NCBI GenBank assembly: GCA_963678065.2 | Contig: CAXXVZ010000003.1 | Location: 672,001-736,000 of the forward strand | Length of the DNA stretch: 64,000 bases | Origin: Treponemataceae bacterium | GTDB lineage: Bacteria; Spirochaetota; Spirochaetia; Treponematales; Rectinemataceae | Reading direction: 5' to 3' | Shown: positions 19,621 to 28,749 of the stretch, one piece after another | How the letters are laid out: each line of letters opens with the position of its first letter | Position numbering within the stretch: the first letter of the stretch is position 1 | Program-made: the position numbers and the translations under genes | The notes under the pieces: generated by a model | Seen by the model: the letters and a program-made list of their open reading frames with translations, nothing else | Database searches by the model: none | Told to the model about the DNA's origin: nothing

Positions 19621-21506
19621 AACGGAACGATTCAGGGAACAGACCAGAAAATAAGTCGGATTCTTCTCCCACAGGGCGGATAAAAGTCCTTTACAGCATC
19701 TGCATGGGGCTCTTCCTCATCTATGCCGGCTATCTCTTCTATCTTCAGGCTATCAGAGGGAACGACTTCCGGACCAAGGCCGAGAAAATCGCCATGCAGG
19801 CCAACATCCTCCCCGCGCAGAGGGGCGAGATCCGCGACAGGACCGGCAAGAAGGACTTGGTCTTCAACACGGACTCGTTCGCGATCAGCGTGGTGCCAGC
19901 AAACCTTCCGGCGGAAAAGCGGGACTCGGTTTTCGCCCTGCTCGCATCAACTATCGGTATCCCCGAGCAGGATCTCAGGAAAAAGGTACCGCCGGTCTAC
20001 TATCGCATGTACCAGCCCATCGAGCTTGTATCGTCGGTTCCCTTCTCCACTATCACCAAAATAGCAGAAAACCTGGACGACTTCCCGGGCGTCGAATGGC
20101 GTTCGAAACCCATTCGCAGCTATTCAGGACCAGGCTCCCTCGCTCACATCGTCGGATACGTAGGCGATATCACCCGCGAAGAGTACAAGCTTCTGTACAA
20201 TGAGAACTACACCTCCACCGATGTGATAGGCAAGGCGGGAGTCGAGAAGCAGTACGACAAGATACTGAAAGGCAAAGATGGAAGGGAACTCAAGGCTGTG
20301 GATGTGAAGGGCCGGAATATACCCTCCGAATCGGACCGCGTCGAACCACCTGTCCAGGGAACGAATCTTATCCTCTCCATCGACGCGAATATTCAGGAAA
20401 TTGCCGAAAAGGCGCTCGGTCCCCGTATGGGCTCTGCCATTGTCCTCAAGCCTGCGACCGGCGAGATTCTTGCGATGGTCTCTTACCCCTGGTACGACCC
20501 CGCGCTGTTCGCCGGAAAAAATGCCGGCAACGAATACGCGAAACTTCTCGAGGACCCCAACAAACCCCTCCTCAACAGGGCGATCCAGTCGAGCTACCCG
20601 CCGGCCTCGACATTCAAGACAGTGCTCACGACTGCCCTTTACGAGGAAAAATCCTTTCCTGCCGAGAGCAAGATCGTCTGCCATGGCGAGCTGTCCTACG
20701 GCGAGAGGGTCTTCAATTGCTGGATCAAGAGACCTGGCCACGGCCCCCTCGATCTCCGGGGCGGATTGGCTCAGTCCTGCGACGTCTACTACTGGACCGT
20801 CGGAAGGGACTACATCGGGGTCGAAAACATCGTCACGTACGCGAAGGACTACGGTTACGGCAAAAAGACGAGCATCGATCTTCCTTCCGAGACTGAGGGA
20901 CTCGTGCCCACGCCGCAGTGGAAGGAGAGACAGTACAACGAGAAGTGGTCGGGCGGAGACACGATGAATCTCTCCATCGGCCAAGGTTACATGCTGGCCA
21001 CGCCCATACAGGTCGCAGACATGATGGCCATGATCGTGAACGACGGCATCATCTACAAGCCCCACCTCGTCAGGGAATTCCGCGATGCATCCTCTGGCGC
21101 CCTCGTCAGGCGTGTGGAACCGGAAGCCCTCATACGTTCGAGGATTTCCCGCTCGACATTCGCAGCGACCCGCTCGGCGCTGCGCGGGGTCATCTCCGAT
21201 GGAACGGCAAGGGTTCCGATCAACACGAAGGCCGTCCTCATCGCAGGAAAAACGGGCACCGCCGAGGTCGGCCTGAAAGATCGCTGGCACTCCTGGTTCG
21301 CCTCATTCGGCCCATATGACGCTAAGCCCGAGGACATGATCGTCGTCGTCGTCATGGTGGAGGCGACAAACAAATGGGAGTGGTGGGCTCCCTATGCATC
21401 CAACATCATCTACCAGGCCATTTTCGCCAGACAGGACTTCGAAACCGCTGTCAGAACCCTTGGACTTTCCGCGACCATGGGGCAGAGCAGGGGGAGGGTG
21501 GAGTGA
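19617..21506 (+). CDS. mrdA: Penicillin-binding protein 2
   Basis: AQRGEIRDR, STFK, SCD, KTGT motifs. Confidence 0.95.
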   Translation: MKRNDSGNRPENKSDSSPTGRIKVLYSICMGLFLIYAGYLFYLQAIRGNDFRTKAEKIAMQANILPAQRGEIRDRTGKKDLVFNTDSFAISVVPANLPAEKRDSVFALLASTIGIPEQDLRKKVPPVYYRMYQPIELVSSVPFSTITKIAENLDDFPGVEWRSKPIRSYSGPGSLAHIVGYVGDITREEYKLLYNENYTSTDVIGKAGVEKQYDKILKGKDGRELKAVDVKGRNIPSESDRVEPPVQGTNLILSIDANIQEIAEKALGPRMGSAIVLKPATGEILAMVSYPWYDPALFAGKNAGNEYAKLLEDPNKPLLNRAIQSSYPPASTFKTVLTTALYEEKSFPAESKIVCHGELSYGERVFNCWIKRPGHGPLDLRGGLAQSCDVYYWTVGRDYIGVENIVTYAKDYGYGKKTSIDLPSETEGLVPTPQWKERQYNEKWSGGDTMNLSIGQGYMLATPIQVADMMAMIVNDGIIYKPHLVREFRDASSGALVRRVEPEALIRSRISRSTFAATRSALRGVISDGTARVPINTKAVLIAGKTGTAEVGLKDRWHSWFASFGPYDAKPEDMIVVVVMVEATNKWEWWAPYASNIIYQAIFARQDFETAVRTLGLSATMGQSRGRVE

Positions 21507-22828
21507 CATTGACGACAAGAAGCTTGCCCAAATTCATCACCGACATGGATTTCCTCCTTCTCGGGGCGACAGTTGCCCTCGTGGCTATCGGCGTTTTTTC
21601 CATCTACTCCGTCGGAATCACGGCGGAAGGCTTTCTCGTATCGAACGAGTATCTGAAGCAGATCATCTGGGCAGTCTCCGGATTCTTCCTCATGCTCCTC
21701 GTCATCTCCATAGACTACCAACGGTACAAAGATTACTCCTTCGTCATCTACGGATTCTTCATGCTCCTCCTCGTATATACCAGGATCGGGGGGAGGGTAG
21801 TGAATGGTGCGCGCTCATGGCTCGGCTTCGGGGAAATCGGCATCCAGCCTTCCGAGTTCGCAAAAATTGCGACCATCCTTTTCCTTGCTCAATATCTTTC
21901 CATGTCAGAACATGAAAGCTCTTTCAAGCGCCTCGCCGTCTCGTTCGGGATCATCTCGCTGCCCGTAGTCCTCATCCTCTCACAGCCGGATTTCGGCACC
22001 TCCCTCGTATTTTTTCCGATCCTGATCTTTATGGCCTTCGTCGCGGGGCTCGACAGGAAGTTCATTGTCTTCCTCCTTCTGGTCATTGGCCTGACCTTCA
22101 TATTCCTCATCATGCCGCTGTGGGAAACATATATCCTGAAGGCACCTGCGCCCCTCGTGTTCATTTTCTACAAGACGCCGTACAACTTCATCGTTCTCGC
22201 GGTGGCTATTCTCGTTCTCGGCCTTTCTGCTTATGGCTGGATTTCCTTCAGAAAGAAATACTATTTCTGGATAGCCTATTTCTCTCTCCTCCTCGTCGGA
22301 GCCCTGACCGTTTCTATACTCGGGCACAAAGTGCTCAAGGAATACCAGATCATGCGACTCATGGTCTTCCTCGATCCCGGAATCGACCCGCGAGGTTCCG
22401 GATGGAACATTCTCCAAGCCATCACCGCCATCGGTTCCGGAGGCATCACGGGCAAAGGTTACCTTCAGGGAACCCAAAGCCACTACCGCTACATACCTCA
22501 GCAGAGTACGGATTTCATCTTTTCCATCGTGGCGGAGGAATGGGGCTTCGTCGGCGGGGTATCGGTGTTCGCCCTTTTCTATACCCTGCTCAACCGCTGC
22601 GTCAAACTCATCTCGACCGTCAAAGACCACTATGCCTCCTATGTCGTGGCCGGCGTCATGGGGATGCTGTTCTTCCACTTCATGATCAACGCCGGGATGG
22701 TGATGGGCATCATGCCCATCACCGGAATCCCCCTCTATTTTCTCTCCTACGGAGGTTCCTCCCTCTGGGCGGTTCTTGTGTCCGTAGGTATTCTCCTGGG
22801 CATTTCGGCCCGAAGGTACAGAATGTGA
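21503..22828 (+). CDS. rodA: SEDS glycosyltransferase RodA
   Basis: GARSW, IQPSEFAK, QPDFGT, TDFIFSIVAEEWG, PITGIPLYFLSYGGSS; GTG start overlaps the mrdA stop. Confidence 0.95.
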   Translation: MTLTTRSLPKFITDMDFLLLGATVALVAIGVFSIYSVGITAEGFLVSNEYLKQIIWAVSGFFLMLLVISIDYQRYKDYSFVIYGFFMLLLVYTRIGGRVVNGARSWLGFGEIGIQPSEFAKIATILFLAQYLSMSEHESSFKRLAVSFGIISLPVVLILSQPDFGTSLVFFPILIFMAFVAGLDRKFIVFLLLVIGLTFIFLIMPLWETYILKAPAPLVFIFYKTPYNFIVLAVAILVLGLSAYGWISFRKKYYFWIAYFSLLLVGALTVSILGHKVLKEYQIMRLMVFLDPGIDPRGSGWNILQAITAIGSGGITGKGYLQGTQSHYRYIPQQSTDFIFSIVAEEWGFVGGVSVFALFYTLLNRCVKLISTVKDHYASYVVAGVMGMLFFHFMINAGMVMGIMPITGIPLYFLSYGGSSLWAVLVSVGILLGISARRYRM

Positions 22829-25410
22829 CAAAATCCCGAAAAGAGCCGGTGCATCCCCTCCTGGACATCGGCCCTGAACTTCTTTCCGTTGAAAAACCTG
22901 CGCGATACTTGGGCGGAGAATATGGATCGATCAGGAAAAAACGCGATGAGGGCCTATTCACGATCGCCCTATGTTTTCCCGACCTCTACGAGATCGGCAT
23001 GTCCAACAACGCCATCCGTATCTTGTACGAGGGGCTCAACGCGCTGCATGATATCCGCTGCGAACGAGTTTTCGCCCCTGCGTCCGATTTTGCCATGCTT
23101 CTTTCCCGGAAAGGGCTCCCTCTCTACACCCTCGAATCCGGGATTCCCCTCGACTCTGTCGACATGATCGGTTTTTCCATAGGATACGAACTCTGCGCCA
23201 CCAACATCCTCGCCGTTCTCGATTCGGGCAGAGTACCTCTGCTCAGGACGGAGAGAGCCGACGACGATCCCATCGTGATCGCTGGAGGGCCCGCGATCAC
23301 AAATCCGCATCCTTTCTCCCTCTTCCTCGACGCAGTCTACATCGGAGAGGCGGAGGCCGGGTTCTACGATCTCGTCTCGCAGCTCTCTGACATGAAGCGG
23401 GCAGGGAAGGGGAGGAACGAAATCCTCGGCGCACTCGGCGAGCATCCCTCTGTCTGGACCCCCGAAGGAGAAAGCCGGCATAGTTCCGGAAACGGAGGGC
23501 ACAGGAAGGCTGTCCGGGCGATCTTCACGGATTTTCCGCAACACGAGTACTCCACAGCCCTTCCACTTCCTACAACGAAGACAGTCCAGGATCACGGGAC
23601 CGTCGAGATCATGCGTGGATGCCCGAACGGCTGCCGTTTCTGTCATGCGGGATACTTTTACCGACCGCAGAGGGTAAAGTCGCCCGAAGTCATATTCGCG
23701 GAAGTCGAGCGTCTCATCAAAACAGGCGGTTATCGGGAAATTACTCTCGCATCGCTCTCTTCCGGCGACTATCCGGGCATCGGTGATCTCATAGTGGAAC
23801 TCAATCGGCGATGGTCGAAACGCAGGGTCTCCTTCCAGCTGCCCTCGCTAAAGGTCGATACTTTCACGCTACCCCTCCTTGAACAGCTCTCGGAGGTACG
23901 GAAATCCGGCCTCACTTTCGCCGTGGAGACGCCCATCGAATCCTGGCAGGCCTCGATCAATAAGGCCGTCTCCTTCGATCGTACTGTGGCAATCCTCGAG
24001 GAGGCCCGCAGAAAAGGATTCAGGCAGGCCAAGTTCTATTTCATGATCGGCTTGCCTGTTGCGGGATTCGGCGAAGGGGAGGCCGACGCCATCATCGCTT
24101 TCCTGGAAAAAATCTGTCACCTCACCTCACTGTCTCTCTCTGTGAATATCGGAACCTTCGTTCCCAAGCCCCATACGCCCTTCGAGCGCTCCGCCCAGCT
24201 CTCCGAAGAGCAGGCCCTTCTTGCGCTTTCAAAGATAAAAAACGCCCTGAGACGCTTCAGGAATCTCAAGGTGTCTTATCATTCACCCTTCGTATCCATG
24301 CTCGAGGGAATCATCTCCCGCGGCGACGACAGTGTCGGAGAGCTGCTCCTTTCCGCATACCGCAAAGGAGCCAGACTGGATGCCTGGGAAGAACACTTCA
24401 ACCGCGAACTCTGGAGATCTGTTCTTGATGGGGCGGTGGAAGGTGCGGTGCCGCGACTCCTCTCCGCCAAAAACGCAGAGGAGTCGCTCCCATGGGAAGA
24501 TATATCGATACGAGTCTCGCCAGCATATCTCGAACGAGAGTTTGAAAAATCAAAAGCAGAAATTTTTACAGATGCATGTGTTGATAAATGCACATATCAG
24601 TGTGGATCGTGTTCCAAGGAATTACATATTGTGCATTATAATACACATATTGAATCAATTTCATCTCAGATTATCGAAAATCCAACTGACGTCGTTGCAC
24701 CACCTGACGCGCTTCGACGACACTGGGTTGTACTTTCGTACAGAAAACGCGGCGTCGCCGCGTACTACCAACATCTCTCTATAGTTGAGTTCTTTTCGCG
24801 CGGATTCATGCTGAACGACATTCCTGTGGCATATTCAGAAGGATTCAATCCAATGCCCCGCATCGAGACAACGCCGCCACTAAGCATGGGCGCAGAATCC
24901 CTGTGCGAAGTGATGCAGATTCCCCTCGATTCCGAGTCGATCGATCTTCCCGGACTGATCAGTACCCTGAACACATCGCTTCCCGAAGGCATAGAGATAA
25001 CCAAGGCGCGAATTCGAGTCCCACAGACTGCTGGGAGTCGCCACAGATCGATCGGATCCCTCTATGCGGCGTCAGTTTTCCGTGTCCAGGCGATCGCCGC
25101 AGCCGCAGCTAAAGACGGAACTGTCGATGTCGACAAAGACCGCGACCATGAGCCCTTCGATGTCAAAGCCTCAGTCATGACTTCCTTGTGTGAATACCTG
25201 ACTGGACTCGGAGCGACCGATCTGACCCGGATCGATCTACACACTGTGGAGTTTGTTCTACCTGATAAGTCAGGCGGCGAACGCAATCTTGTGAGGATAC
25301 TCGAAAGGTTCACGGACCTCCGTCCAGCTCTCCGAGTCTTCCGAGTCCTCAGATTGGCGACCATGCTCGACAACGACGGAAAGTTTGAAGATTTGTACGA
25401 TTCGATCTGA
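22825..25410 (+). CDS. B12-binding-like radical SAM protein fused to a radical-SAM-linked (DUF2344-type) domain
   Basis: VEKPARYLGGE, FPDLYEIGMSN, RGCPNGCRFC, FVPKPHTPF; C-terminal HL..YSEGFNPMPR; GTG 22825 overlaps the rodA stop. Confidence 0.88.
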   Translation: MTKSRKEPVHPLLDIGPELLSVEKPARYLGGEYGSIRKKRDEGLFTIALCFPDLYEIGMSNNAIRILYEGLNALHDIRCERVFAPASDFAMLLSRKGLPLYTLESGIPLDSVDMIGFSIGYELCATNILAVLDSGRVPLLRTERADDDPIVIAGGPAITNPHPFSLFLDAVYIGEAEAGFYDLVSQLSDMKRAGKGRNEILGALGEHPSVWTPEGESRHSSGNGGHRKAVRAIFTDFPQHEYSTALPLPTTKTVQDHGTVEIMRGCPNGCRFCHAGYFYRPQRVKSPEVIFAEVERLIKTGGYREITLASLSSGDYPGIGDLIVELNRRWSKRRVSFQLPSLKVDTFTLPLLEQLSEVRKSGLTFAVETPIESWQASINKAVSFDRTVAILEEARRKGFRQAKFYFMIGLPVAGFGEGEADAIIAFLEKICHLTSLSLSVNIGTFVPKPHTPFERSAQLSEEQALLALSKIKNALRRFRNLKVSYHSPFVSMLEGIISRGDDSVGELLLSAYRKGARLDAWEEHFNRELWRSVLDGAVEGAVPRLLSAKNAEESLPWEDISIRVSPAYLEREFEKSKAEIFTDACVDKCTYQCGSCSKELHIVHYNTHIESISSQIIENPTDVVAPPDALRRHWVVLSYRKRGVAAYYQHLSIVEFFSRGFMLNDIPVAYSEGFNPMPRIETTPPLSMGAESLCEVMQIPLDSESIDLPGLISTLNTSLPEGIEITKARIRVPQTAGSRHRSIGSLYAASVFRVQAIAAAAAKDGTVDVDKDRDHEPFDVKASVMTSLCEYLTGLGATDLTRIDLHTVEFVLPDKSGGERNLVRILERFTDLRPALRVFRVLRLATMLDNDGKFEDLYDSI

Positions 25411-25512
25411 ACCCTTTGCGGATGATGTCTCGACTCAAGGAGGTATCGACAGTGCCGATTGTGAGAATTGGAGGATATCCTGCAGGCTTTTTGGTTTCCC
25501 CGTATACTTCTC

Positions 25513-25540
25513 AGTAGACAGAATATACATTATACGAAGT
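25513..25540 (-). other. dif-like Xer recombination site
   Basis: Minus strand ACTTCGTATAA-TGTATA-TTCTGTCTACT (11-6-11), in an AT-rich intergenic gap where gene orientation flips. Confidence 0.75.
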
Positions 25541-25677
25541 AATGGATGGGTGGCCTTCTGAGTTTTGAGCGCTAAGTATTTGTGGTATATGGATATGACT
25601 GGTTATAAATGAGTTACAGATTTTGTGCTGTACTCGTAAAAACAATTATATAGGGGTTTGAAGCATGGCCCGCGTTG

Positions 25678-26409
25678 TCAGTTCGGGATGAAGGTAAAAT
25701 ATGACGTCGTATAGTTGGGGTAACTCGGAATGACTGTCAGAGGGCTCTGGGAATCCTGGCCGTACGCGACGCCATAGAAAACGAAATACAGCGTATCGGG
25801 CGATGAATAGCTTCCGGCATAGTCCACATTGCCGGCCAGATAGCCGGTTTTCAGGTAGAATGGCTGACTTGTCGTAGAGCCGGAGGGATACCGACGAAGG
25901 TAATGCCGGTTTGCAGTCACATCGGGATCTGCGCCGTTCGCCGTGTAGTACCAGTCTTCGGAACCCTTCAAGTAAACGGTAAAATAGTTGGCGCTGCTCG
26001 CGACGAAATCTTTCAGGATGGGCCGGTCATCGTAAGGATTGGACGTATCGTCGGCATTGTAGACCCGCTTGAATCCGAGGGTTTCGAGCTTCGAGAAGGC
26101 CAGCGCCGGGGAACCGTCAGAGCGGTCTATTTCTGACTGCATCGCCGCAATCGCTGATTCGGCCTCTCCCGAGCTTGTATACGCTCTATAATATATTTCA
26201 TACCCTACGAAATACTGTATCGCCGAGAGGGAATCGTAATTCAGGATATTGTGGACCAGTCTGAAGGTATTGGCCGACTCACCCGAGTCGGTGAGAGTCG
26301 GCGGATAGTAGAATGGTACATCCTGTATTCCACAGGACGTCGCCGCGATAGCGCACAGCGCGGCGACGATGACGAGGAATACTCCCGAGCCTGACCTGCG
26401 GGTTGTCAT
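25678..26409 (-). CDS. Putative lipoprotein of unknown function
   Basis: Basic N-terminus, hydrophobic stretch, lipobox-like ATS-C; Tyr/Ser-rich; GGGGAGGGG RBS. Confidence 0.75.
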   Translation of the reverse strand: MTTRRSGSGVFLVIVAALCAIAATSCGIQDVPFYYPPTLTDSGESANTFRLVHNILNYDSLSAIQYFVGYEIYYRAYTSSGEAESAIAAMQSEIDRSDGSPALAFSKLETLGFKRVYNADDTSNPYDDRPILKDFVASSANYFTVYLKGSEDWYYTANGADPDVTANRHYLRRYPSGSTTSQPFYLKTGYLAGNVDYAGSYSSPDTLYFVFYGVAYGQDSQSPLTVIPSYPNYTTSYFTFIPN

Positions 26410-26432
26410 CCGAGCCCCTCCCCTATAAACGT

Positions 26433-26454
26433 CGGCCCGGGTTTCCCCGGGCCG
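26433..26454 (-). terminator. GC-rich GAAA-tetraloop hairpin between the TPR gene and the lipoprotein gene
   Basis: Minus strand CGGCCCGGG-GAAA-CCCGGGCCG followed by ACGTTTAT. Confidence 0.5.
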
Positions 26455-26482
26455 CGTGCGGATATACGAGAGCAAACAACGT

Positions 26483-27199
26483 TTACTTGGCGAGGTTACC
26501 CGCGTTTATAAAAATGATCCTGTCCTTGGCGAGCTTGGCCCAATCCTCGTCGGGAAATTTTGCGATGGCGTCTTCATACGACTTCAGAGCTGACTTGTAA
26601 TCCTTCTGGCCCTCATGGAGGCGGCCGATGGAGAAATATGCGTGCGCGAGGCCCACAGCACTCTCGGAGAACTTGCTCACGATCTTGTTGTAGTACTCGA
26701 GAGCCTTTTCGGGAGCTCCCCGTTCTTCAGCTGCGTTCGCGGCTCCCTGGAGGGCCAGGGCTGCAACATAGCTGGCAGCCTTTCTCTCGGAAGCCTTCAC
26801 CCAGAGCTTCTCCGCTCCCTCGAAGTCTTTCTTCGTCTCGAGCAGGCGCGCTTGCGTGATGTATGCCTGCTGGGCGGCAAAAGATCCCGACCATCTCTTT
26901 TCAATATCCGTGAGGGATTTCTCGAGTTCGGTGAGCATCTTGTCTTTCTTGGCCTGGTCATTTTCGGCCTGCCAGGCGGCGTAGTCCTTCTCTGCCTTTT
27001 CCATTCCGGCCGTCGAATTGCGGAGGGTCGACGAGGATATCGTGGTCCACAGCACTATCACAAGGAAAACAACGAGAAGTGCAGCGATTACGGCAAGGAA
27101 AACCGTCCGGTATTTCCTGATGAAGTCGGAAATCTTCTCGACGAGGGTCTTTTTCGCCTCGACCTGGCCCGGAGCTTTCCGGGAAGCGCTTTTTTCCAT
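26483..27199 (-). CDS. Membrane-anchored TPR protein (YfgM-like)
   Basis: Single TM followed by TPR-like helices; AAGGAG RBS. Confidence 0.8.
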   Translation of the reverse strand: MEKSASRKAPGQVEAKKTLVEKISDFIRKYRTVFLAVIAALLVVFLVIVLWTTISSSTLRNSTAGMEKAEKDYAAWQAENDQAKKDKMLTELEKSLTDIEKRWSGSFAAQQAYITQARLLETKKDFEGAEKLWVKASERKAASYVAALALQGAANAAEERGAPEKALEYYNKIVSKFSESAVGLAHAYFSIGRLHEGQKDYKSALKSYEDAIAKFPDEDWAKLAKDRIIFINAGNLAK

Positions 27200-27204
27200 A
27201 TGTT

Positions 27205-28743
27205 CTACTCCTTGGGATTCACGATGTCCAATTCTTTTACCAGACGGGACAGATAGGTTCTCTGAATGTCGAGGATCCGGGCCGTTTCGGTCTGGTTCCA
27301 CCGATGCGCCTCGAGGGCTGCGGAAATGAAATGCCGCTTGAACGTGGTCAACGCGTCTTTAAGGGTTTTTCCCTTGAAGTCACCCTGGCCGCTGGACGCT
27401 TTTCCGAGCATGAGATCGCCCGAGTCGATCCAGGAATCCTTCGAGATTACCACGGCGCGTTCAATGGCGTTTTCCAGTTCGCGAATGTTGCCCGGCCACG
27501 AGTAAGAGAGCATGAGCTCGATGGCCGAATCCGTGAAACCGGAGAAGCGCTTGTTCGTCTCGCGCGAGAACCGCCTGAGAAAATGCTCGGCGAGGGCTGC
27601 GATGTCTTCCTGCCTCTGCCGTAAAGGCGGCACGAGTATGGGAAGGACGTTGAGCCGGTAATAGAGGTCTGAGCGGAACTCTCCTTTGTCGACGAGTCCC
27701 TCGATGTCGCGGTTGGTGGCGGCCACGATGCGCACGTCCACAGTCAGCGAATCGCTCGAGCCGACCCTCTCGAAGGTCTTCTGCTGCAGGACTCTGAGGA
27801 GCTTCGACTGTAACCTGAGGGGAACTTCGCCGATTTCGTCGAGGAAGATGGTCCCGCCGTCCGCCATCTCGAAGCGTCCTTTGCGATCCTGCACAGCGTC
27901 CGTAAAAGCTCCCCGCACGTGCCCGAAAAGCTCGCTCTCGAGAAGGCCTTCCGGCAAGGCCGCACAATTTACTCGCACAAAGGAGCGCTCGGCCCGGTTC
28001 GAGCCGAGGTGTATCCGCTCGGCGAAAAGCTCCTTCCCTACCCCGCTTTCGCCGAGGATGAGGACGGAGGATTCGGTTCTCGCGATGCGGTCGACGAGGT
28101 CAAGTTTTTCCAGGATTGAAGGAGAGCGCGCCACGAGTGTGTGCCAACCCTTTTTTTCCTGGACCTGATTCCGCAGAAAGGATAACTCTTCCTGGGCTTT
28201 CTCGAAGTAGCGGGCGTTCTCTATGGCGATGGCCGCCTGCACCGAAAACACCTCGAGCCACTGGAGGTCCTCGTCGGTGAAGTATTTTTTGTCGTGTTTG
28301 TTGATTATTTCGATGACACCGACCGTGGCGTCGCGGACGCGCATGGGCACGGCGAGTATCGACCATGTCGGGAAACCGATGGAGGCAGAAATGCCTGAGT
28401 TGAACCGTGCGTCATTCTCAACATCGTTGACGATGAGCGAACGCCCGTGTTCGATGGCCCAGCCCGCGATGCCCTCTCCGGGGTTGAGAAGATACTTCTT
28501 GACGTCCCGGCCTTTGGGGCCGATGGCGATCTCGAAACGGAGCTTGCCGGAGGCCTGATCCTTCAACACGAGGGAAGCGGCCTCCCCTTCTACCAGTCTT
28601 GTTGCCGATTCAAGGATATGCGTCAGCAGCGATGTGGCGTCACCATAGTTCGAATTTATCAGCGCACTGATTTCGAGCAGTGTCCCGAATTTTACGGGGT
28701 CTATGGTTCCAAACATCGCAGCTGACGCCTTGTCTAGACGCAA
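27205..28743 (-). CDS. GAF-domain sigma54-dependent activator (NifA/FhlA-like)
   Basis: GAF domain; GESGVGKE, ESELFGH, GAFTDA, FLDEIG, DLYYRLNV, WPGNIREL; C-terminal Fis-type HTH; start TTG 28743 or ATG 28716. Confidence 0.92.
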   Translation of the reverse strand: MRLDKASAAMFGTIDPVKFGTLLEISALINSNYGDATSLLTHILESATRLVEGEAASLVLKDQASGKLRFEIAIGPKGRDVKKYLLNPGEGIAGWAIEHGRSLIVNDVENDARFNSGISASIGFPTWSILAVPMRVRDATVGVIEIINKHDKKYFTDEDLQWLEVFSVQAAIAIENARYFEKAQEELSFLRNQVQEKKGWHTLVARSPSILEKLDLVDRIARTESSVLILGESGVGKELFAERIHLGSNRAERSFVRVNCAALPEGLLESELFGHVRGAFTDAVQDRKGRFEMADGGTIFLDEIGEVPLRLQSKLLRVLQQKTFERVGSSDSLTVDVRIVAATNRDIEGLVDKGEFRSDLYYRLNVLPILVPPLRQRQEDIAALAEHFLRRFSRETNKRFSGFTDSAIELMLSYSWPGNIRELENAIERAVVISKDSWIDSGDLMLGKASSGQGDFKGKTLKDALTTFKRHFISAALEAHRWNQTETARILDIQRTYLSRLVKELDIVNPKE

Positions 28744-28749
28744 AAGCGT

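Noticed and set aside
22120..22824. N-terminal extension making the radical SAM ORF 1096 aa
   Set aside because: It overlaps rodA out of frame and homology starts near GTG 22825; similar spurious extensions occur for ORFs 3354..5126, 14159..15580, 35088..37097, 37110..39323 and 61927..63417
25513..25543. Engineered loxP site or vector contamination
   Set aside because: Only one arm and part of the spacer match; the second loxP arm is absent, no vector or marker sequence is nearby, and the 11-6-11 dif layout explains it better
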